A stretch of 64,000 nucleotides of DNA from Patescibacteria group bacterium (lineage in GTDB: Bacteria > Patescibacteriota > Microgenomatia > JAMCYU01), in the NCBI GenBank assembly GCA_023473585.1, contig JAMCYU010000005.1:762-64761 (forward strand), given 5' to 3'. Positions 57,990-64,000 of this stretch are shown here, piece after piece. How positions within the stretch are numbered: the stretch's first letter is position 1; each line of letters starts with the position of its first letter. Both the position numbers and the translations under genes were made by a program. Below the pieces are notes generated by a model that was not told where the DNA came from, made no database searches, and was given only the letters and a program-made list of their open reading frames with translations.

Positions 57990-58460
57990 TTAAGCCACCG
58001 GTGCCGCTTCCGTAGCCACGGGCGCCGCTTCTTTCTTCGGACTAACACCTAACCCTTTAGCTTTAGTTCCGTATCTTGACCTTCCTTGTCTCCGGCCCAC
58101 AACACCACTGGTATCAAATTTCCCCCTGACAATATGATATTTTACTCCCGGCAAGTCCTTAACCCGCCCGCCTCTTATTAAAACAATCGAATGTTCTGCC
58201 AGTTCATGACCGATACCGGGAATATAAGCGGTCACTTCTTGTTTGTTGGAAAGTCTTACCCTGGCGACTTTTCTTAAAGCCGAATTAGGCTTTTTGGGCG
58301 TCATGGTTTTAACGATCGTGCAAACACCTCGTTTAAGAGGCGCGGGCAAATTCTTGATTTGTCTTTTCTGCGGATTAAAGATTTTCCGCAAGGCGGTAGC
58401 CTTAACTTTGCTTAGTTTTTTCGTTCTTCCTTTTCTGACTAATTGCGAAATTGTTGGCAT
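57990..58460 (-). CDS. rpsL: 30S ribosomal protein S12 with ~18-aa Ala/Pro-rich C-terminal extension
   Basis: 156 aa. Canonical [12 protein letters not shown] start and PNSALRK core, but the tail ...[21 protein letters not shown] goes beyond the usual end. Confidence 0.9.
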   Translation of the reverse strand: MPTISQLVRKGRTKKLSKVKATALRKIFNPQKRQIKNLPAPLKRGVCTIVKTMTPKKPNSALRKVARVRLSNKQEVTAYIPGIGHELAEHSIVLIRGGRVKDLPGVKYHIVRGKFDTSGVVGRRQGRSRYGTKAKGLGVSPKKEAAPVATEAAPVA

Positions 58461-58469
58461 CTTATTTTA

Positions 58470-61400
58470 TCATTCCTCAATTTTTACTCTGTCGGCACTG
58501 GTTGGAATCAGGCGACCGATTATAACATTTTCCTTAAGGCCTATCAATTTATCTTCTTTACCTAAAATCGCTGCTTCCGTCAAAACATTGGTCGTTTCCT
58601 GGAAAGACGCGGCCGACAACCACGACTCGGTATAAAGTGAAGCTCTGGTTACGCCCAAAATAACGATTTGGGCGGTGGCTGGTTCTCCGCCTTCGGCCAA
58701 AATTTTCGCGTTTTCTTCTTCAAAACGAATCTTGTCAACTAATTCTCCCGGTAAAAGAATCGTATCCCCAGCCGTATCAATCCTCACCTTATCGCTCATT
58801 TTTCGAACAATGACTTCAAAATGTTTGTCATTGATAGGAATCCCCTGTGATTCATAAACCGTCTGGATTTCTTCAATTAAATATTTTTGGGCACCCCGAA
58901 GGCCTCTTACCTGTAAAACTTCTTTAATATCTAAAAACCCAAGGGCTAATTGTTCACCCACAAAAACCTCCTCCCCGTCTTTAACCTTAACCTCCGAAGT
59001 TAAAGCAATCAGATATTCCCGTTCTTCAACGGGCTTGCCTTTACTGCGAATTCTAATTTTATAACCATCGGCGGTTTCCGCCACTTCCACTTTGCCGGCG
59101 ATTTCGCTAATCGGCGATAAAGCCTTCGGCGTTCTGACTTCAAAAAGTTCTTCAACTCTAGGTAAACCTTGCGTGACGTCCAAACCAACAATACCTCCGG
59201 TATGCTTCACTCGCATGGTTAATTGCGTTCCCGGTTCGCCGATTGACTGGGCGGCTAAAATTCCGACAGGCGTTCCCAACTCAACTCTTTTTCTGGTGCT
59301 AAAATCCCTGCCGTAACAGGCGGCACATAAACCGTATTTCGCTTGGCAGGTTAAAGGGGACCTGACGATAACTTTATCAATCTGGTGTTGTTCCAAAAGA
59401 CCAACATTTTCCTCGTTGATTTCTTCCTGTTTCTCCAAAAGAACTTTTTTGGTTTTGGGATCAACAACTTTTTCTATCAAAACTCGCCCTAAAACACGTT
59501 GCGCAAATGAACCTTGTCTTTTTTCGTTCCTTAAAATTTCCGTGCCTTCCTTGGTCCCGCAATCTTCGATTCTAATAATGGCATCATGCGAAACATCAAC
59601 TAAACGCCTCGTTAGATAACCGGCGTCGGCCGTTTTTAAGGCGGAATCAGTTAAACCCTTGCGAGAACCCCTGGTGCTGGTAACGTATTCAAAAATTGAT
59701 AAGCCTTCTCTAAAATTTGACTTCGTCGGCAATTCCACAATTTTACCCAAAGGATCAACGACTAATCCTCTCATTGCCGCTAACTGCTTTAATTGATCTT
59801 TTGAAGCCCTGGCTCCTCCTGACTCAATAATGATTTTAACCGGATTGTCTTTATCAAGGGAAGCCCAGGTCTTATCGGCAATTTCCTCAGTCACGCCAAG
59901 CCAGATATCATTAGAAAGTCTTCTTTTTTCTTCGTTGGTGATTAAACCTTCATGAAAATTATTTTCTACTTCGGTAACTTTTTCTTCGGCTTGATTAATT
60001 AAAACCCTCTTTTCCGGAATAATCTTATTGTCAAAAACAGAAACGGAAATGCCTCCGGAAAGAGTTGCCGCCCAAAAACCTAAATCCTTAAAAGAATCAA
60101 TTAAACCGGCAACTTTTTCCGCCGGGAAAAGTTGCAGTGACTTGGTGATTAGACCCTTTAGGGTTGCCGATCTTACCTGATCATTAAAGAAACGTAGTTC
60201 TCCCGGTAAAATCTCATTTAATAAAACTCGGCCAACAGACGTTTTGATAATCTGACCATTAATTTTGACCTTGATCGCCTGACGTAAATTAAGATGTCCG
60301 GCTTGATAAGCAAAGATGGCAGCCGATTCATCACTGAAAATCTGCAACTTTTCTTCGGGTAAATCCTCATTTTCGATCGTCGTTAGCCAATAGCAGCCGA
60401 GAACCATTTCTTTATTGGGCAAGGTAATGGGTGAACCATCCGCTGGCTTTAAAAGATTATGTACCGGCAGCATTAAATCTTTGGCTTCTTGACAGGCAGA
60501 TTCTGTAATCGGAACATGAACGGCCATTTGGTCTCCGTCAAAATCGGCATTATAACCAGCACAAACACAAGGATGAATTCTGATGGCTGAACCTTCGATT
60601 AAAACAGGATAAAAGGCTTGAATACCTAATTTATGTAAAGTCGGGGCTCGATTGAGAAGAACCGGATGATCGTGCGTAATCTCTTCAAGAATATCAAAAA
60701 CTTCCGGTAATCTTCGCTCTAGAATATTTTTTCCGCTCTTGACATTAGGTGCCAATCCTCTGGTTATCAGTTCTCTTAAAACAAAGGGTTTGAACATCTC
60801 AAGAGCCATTTCTTTAGGCAATCCGCATTGGCTCAACGAAAGTTCCGGACCAACCACAATTACCGATCTCCCGGAATAATCAACTCTTTTGCCTAAAAGA
60901 TTTTGGCGGAATCGTCCCTGTTTGCCACGCAACATATCGGAAAGAGAACGCAGGACCTGAACTACCGGACGAGCGCTCGGCCTTTGCGTCGCGTCAATAA
61001 GGGAATCAACGGCCTCCTGTAACATTCTTTTTTCATTACGCAGAATGATTTCCGGTGCTCCCAAATCCATTAAATGTCTTAAGCGATTATTGCGATTAAT
61101 CACCCGGCGATAAAGATCGTTAAGATCAGAGGTGGCAAATCTACCACCCGACAATTGAACCATGGGCCGTAAATCAGGAGGTAAAACCGGTAAAATCGAC
61201 AAAATCATATAAGCCGGTGAAAGCCCCGCCTTGCGAAAACCATCAACAACGCGCAGTCTCTTTGTGGCTTTGATATGTCTTTGCCCGGTTGTTTTTTGAA
61301 TCTCTGTTCTTAAATCAGCGGCTAATTTATCTGAATCAATTCTTTTAATAATCTCCGTCAGGGCCTCGGCTCCCATACCGACCTTGAAAAAAGAAGAGAC

Positions 61401-62204
61401 TCCGTGTTCTTTAAGTTTTAGATATTCTTCTTCGGAAAGTAAGGATAAACGCCTTAGGCTTTTAGTTAATTCGCCCAAGGTCTTATAAATCTCTTCTGTC
61501 TGCAACTGTTCTTGAACCGACTCTTCGCTTAAGGCATTAAATTGTTGCTTGTAACGAAGACCAATCTCGGTCACCGTTAATTCCTGTTGCTCCTTATTTT
61601 TTATTTTAGTTTTAACCTCTTTGGTTTCAACGCTTAGGTTTTTTTCAATTTCCTTTTTCGCTTTTTCGGCTTTTTCCGCCAAATTTTTCTTCCGCTCTGC
61701 CTCTTCATCAACTAATTTCTTGAGGGCCTTCTTTTTTTCTTCTTCATCAACATCCAAAACCAAATAAGAAGCAAAGTAAATAATATTCTCCAAAGCTCTT
61801 GGGGTCATATCCAAAAGCAAGGAAAGTTTGGAGGGAGCGCCCTTAAAAAACCAAACATGAGCCACCGGTGAAGCTAAATTAATGTGCCCCATCCTCTCGC
61901 GTCTGACTTTTGACTGCGTAACCTCAACACCACATTTGTCACAAATAATTCCTCGGTATCTGATTCTTTTATATTTACCACAGTAACATTCCCAATCTTT
62001 CGTCGGTCCAAAAATCCGTTCACAAAAAAGGCCGTCTTTTTCGGGTTTAAGGGTTCTGTAGTTAATTGTCTCCGGTTTCGTCACTTCGCCATGGGACCAG
62101 CTTTTAATAACCTCGGCTGAAGCCAGATTAATTTTTAAACCCTTAAAGTCAATAATGTTGACTAAATTTTCTCCTTTATGTGTTGATGAGCTTTGTTTGT
62201 CCAT
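58470..62204 (-). CDS. rpoC: DNA-directed RNA polymerase subunit beta'
   Basis: 1244 aa. Zinc-binding Cys cluster, NADFDGD catalytic motif. Confidence 0.95.
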   Translation of the reverse strand: MDKQSSSTHKGENLVNIIDFKGLKINLASAEVIKSWSHGEVTKPETINYRTLKPEKDGLFCERIFGPTKDWECYCGKYKRIRYRGIICDKCGVEVTQSKVRRERMGHINLASPVAHVWFFKGAPSKLSLLLDMTPRALENIIYFASYLVLDVDEEEKKKALKKLVDEEAERKKNLAEKAEKAKKEIEKNLSVETKEVKTKIKNKEQQELTVTEIGLRYKQQFNALSEESVQEQLQTEEIYKTLGELTKSLRRLSLLSEEEYLKLKEHGVSSFFKVGMGAEALTEIIKRIDSDKLAADLRTEIQKTTGQRHIKATKRLRVVDGFRKAGLSPAYMILSILPVLPPDLRPMVQLSGGRFATSDLNDLYRRVINRNNRLRHLMDLGAPEIILRNEKRMLQEAVDSLIDATQRPSARPVVQVLRSLSDMLRGKQGRFRQNLLGKRVDYSGRSVIVVGPELSLSQCGLPKEMALEMFKPFVLRELITRGLAPNVKSGKNILERRLPEVFDILEEITHDHPVLLNRAPTLHKLGIQAFYPVLIEGSAIRIHPCVCAGYNADFDGDQMAVHVPITESACQEAKDLMLPVHNLLKPADGSPITLPNKEMVLGCYWLTTIENEDLPEEKLQIFSDESAAIFAYQAGHLNLRQAIKVKINGQIIKTSVGRVLLNEILPGELRFFNDQVRSATLKGLITKSLQLFPAEKVAGLIDSFKDLGFWAATLSGGISVSVFDNKIIPEKRVLINQAEEKVTEVENNFHEGLITNEEKRRLSNDIWLGVTEEIADKTWASLDKDNPVKIIIESGGARASKDQLKQLAAMRGLVVDPLGKIVELPTKSNFREGLSIFEYVTSTRGSRKGLTDSALKTADAGYLTRRLVDVSHDAIIRIEDCGTKEGTEILRNEKRQGSFAQRVLGRVLIEKVVDPKTKKVLLEKQEEINEENVGLLEQHQIDKVIVRSPLTCQAKYGLCAACYGRDFSTRKRVELGTPVGILAAQSIGEPGTQLTMRVKHTGGIVGLDVTQGLPRVEELFEVRTPKALSPISEIAGKVEVAETADGYKIRIRSKGKPVEEREYLIALTSEVKVKDGEEVFVGEQLALGFLDIKEVLQVRGLRGAQKYLIEEIQTVYESQGIPINDKHFEVIVRKMSDKVRIDTAGDTILLPGELVDKIRFEEENAKILAEGGEPATAQIVILGVTRASLYTESWLSAASFQETTNVLTEAAILGKEDKLIGLKENVIIGRLIPTSADRVKIEE

Positions 62205-62207
62205 TAT

Positions 62208-64000
62208 TTATGACTCCTCTTCACTTTCTGGTTTATTGGTTTCTTCTTTTTTTTCTGTTTTGATTTCTTCACTTTCTGACAAGATTTCTTTCGTTTCTTC
62301 CGTAGGGGCAAAAGTTGGCGCCGTCACCACTCGCGTTGGTTGGACATCTAAACCCAAAGCCTGAAGCTCTTTAACCAACACTTTAAAAGACTCGGGAACT
62401 GTGGAAGCGGGAATCTCCACTCCCTTGATAATGGCCTCAAAAGCTTTGGCTCGACCCACCACATCGTCCGACTTGATCGTGAGCATTTCTTGCAGGGTAT
62501 GAGCCGCCCGGTGAGACTCCAAGGCCCAAACTTCCATTTCTCCCAATCTTTGGCCTCCCATTTGGGCTTTACCACCCAGGGGCTGTTGCGTCACTAAAGA
62601 ATAAGGACCAGTTGATCTGGCGTGTGTCTTGTCTTCAACCATGTGGATAAGTTTCATGATATAGGCAATACCCACAGCGACTTCTCGACTAAAAGGTTGA
62701 CCGTTTCTTCCGTCGCAAAGAACGGTTTTACCAGAAATCGGCAAGCCGGTCTTTTCTAATTCATTGATAATTTTTTCCTCGGCAATTTTTTCAAAAACAG
62801 GAATCGCATAAGTTTTATTAGCTTTTTGGGCGGCTAAACCAAGATGAGCCTCAAGGAGTTGTCCAAGGTTCATCCGGGATAAAACCGATAAGGGCGAAAT
62901 AATGATATCGATGGGTGTCCCGTCGGGTAAATAGGGCATATCCGCTTGAGGAACAATTTTCGAAATAACCCCTTTGTTACCATGACGACCGGCTAATTTA
63001 TCACCAACAACGACTTTTCTTATCTGAGCTACTTTCACAATAATTTTTCTGTTGGTTCCGGGTTCAAGTTCGTCGCCTTTTTCTTTGTCCAGAATTTTAA
63101 TGTCTACCACTATCCCTCTTTCTCCGTGAGGTATCCGTAAAGAAGTATCGCGAACCTCTCTGGCTTTCTCACCGAAAATAGCCCGTAAAAGTCTTTCTTC
63201 GGCGGTTAATTCGGTTTCTCCTTTAGGGGCAATTTTACCCACTAAAATATCATTAGGACCGACCTCGGCGCCAATAATCACAATCCCGTCCTGGTCAAGG
63301 TTTAAAAGCGCCTCTTCACCGACATTCGGAATGTCCCTCGTTGTTTCTTCTGGTCCCAATTTCGTGTCAACAACACTGGCCTCATATTCTTCAATATTAA
63401 TCGAGGTTAACACGTCTTGGCGAACTAACCTGTCGGAAATAATAATCGCATCCTCAAAACCCAAACCCTCATAAGACATGTAGGCAATAAGAAGATTTTG
63501 GCCTAAGGCTAATTCCCCGTGATCGGCGGCTGGACCATCAATAATCATCTCCCCCTCGGCAACTTTTTGCCCAACCTCAACTAACGGTCTTTGCGAATAA
63601 CAGGTTGATTGAGCCGACCGTTTGAACTTCTCCAAAAGATAAGTTTCTTCATTGCCCGAAATTTTAATTTTTTCCTCGACTAATCCGCCGGCCGGCGGAT
63701 CGATTTTCTTATCGGTTTTAATGGTTACTTTTTGAGCATCAACAAAAACAACTTTTCCGGCATGTCGAGCCCGGACAACTCTGCCCATCGCTTGGGAAAC
63801 GGTTGCTTCCATCCCCGTGCCGATAACTGGAGAGCTGGGCCGAACCAACGGAACAGCCTGACATTGCATGTGAGTTCCCATCAGGGCTCTATTAGCCTCA
63901 TCATGAGAAATAAACGGAATTAAAGATGCCGAAGCGCCAACAACCTGTCGCGGCGTTAAATCAATAAATTCTATTTCGTTTTTGGAAATTTCTAAAAAGT
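62208..64000 (-). CDS. rpoB: DNA-directed RNA polymerase subunit beta, C-terminal ~600 aa; gene continues past the window end
   Basis: Conserved rpoB C-terminal regions with an acidic tail [22 protein letters not shown]. The reading frame stays open to position 64000. Confidence 0.9.
   Translation of the reverse strand, partial: FLEISKNEIEFIDLTPRQVVGASASLIPFISHDEANRALMGTHMQCQAVPLVRPSSPVIGTGMEATVSQAMGRVVRARHAGKVVFVDAQKVTIKTDKKIDPPAGGLVEEKIKISGNEETYLLEKFKRSAQSTCYSQRPLVEVGQKVAEGEMIIDGPAADHGELALGQNLLIAYMSYEGLGFEDAIIISDRLVRQDVLTSINIEEYEASVVDTKLGPEETTRDIPNVGEEALLNLDQDGIVIIGAEVGPNDILVGKIAPKGETELTAEERLLRAIFGEKAREVRDTSLRIPHGERGIVVDIKILDKEKGDELEPGTNRKIIVKVAQIRKVVVGDKLAGRHGNKGVISKIVPQADMPYLPDGTPIDIIISPLSVLSRMNLGQLLEAHLGLAAQKANKTYAIPVFEKIAEEKIINELEKTGLPISGKTVLCDGRNGQPFSREVAVGIAYIMKLIHMVEDKTHARSTGPYSLVTQQPLGGKAQMGGQRLGEMEVWALESHRAAHTLQEMLTIKSDDVVGRAKAFEAIIKGVEIPASTVPESFKVLVKELQALGLDVQPTRVVTAPTFAPTEETKEILSESEEIKTEKKEETNKPESEEES

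Overview
The window is low-GC, gene-dense bacterial DNA dominated by a long minus-strand run of the core translation and transcription machinery. I suggest Candidate Phyla Radiation / Patescibacteria as the source, since L30 is absent, several proteins are small, and I recognise DUF5674-, DUF5679- and DUF4446-like small proteins from memory. The core run is rpoB(partial)-rpoC-rpsL-rpsG-[P-type ATPase, frameshifted]-fusA-tuf-rpsJ-[~4.6 kb inserted cell-envelope cluster]-rplC...rpsE-rplO-secY-adk-cmk-map-infA-rpmJ-rpsM-rpsK-rpsD-rpoA-rplQ-rplM-rpsI. Upstream lie recA-recX, rny, hup, an ABC-2 exporter operon, miaB-like/miaA, dfx, an AI-2E transporter and RNase P RNA. The remaining upstream genes are a YifB/ComM ATPase, secDF, cca, recJ, aspS, a DacA-like carboxypeptidase, gltX and a 5'-truncated DEAD-box helicase. 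By eye I found RNase P RNA, tRNA-Gln(CUG), tRNA-Pro(GGG) and two small genes absent from the ORF track: rpmJ and a 47-aa zinc-ribbon gene. There is no CRISPR array, transposase or integrase, and I did not find a defence island or an obviously novel multi-gene system. The most unusual loci are:
- a secreted glycoside hydrolase / LCP / MazG cluster inserted between rpsJ and rplC, with its own promoter-attenuator leader
- a P-type ATPase inside the str operon broken by two homopolymer frameshifts
- a 26-bp exact palindrome present at two operon 3' ends next to tRNA genes
- a nested-hairpin repeat element in the fusA-tuf spacer
- a shared TGTTAAAAT promoter motif upstream of all three stable-RNA genes
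- a wHTH-degenerate-nucleotidyltransferase fusion plus AbrB/MazE-like pair upstream of secDF
Coordinates I derived by hand may be off by 1-2 nt.
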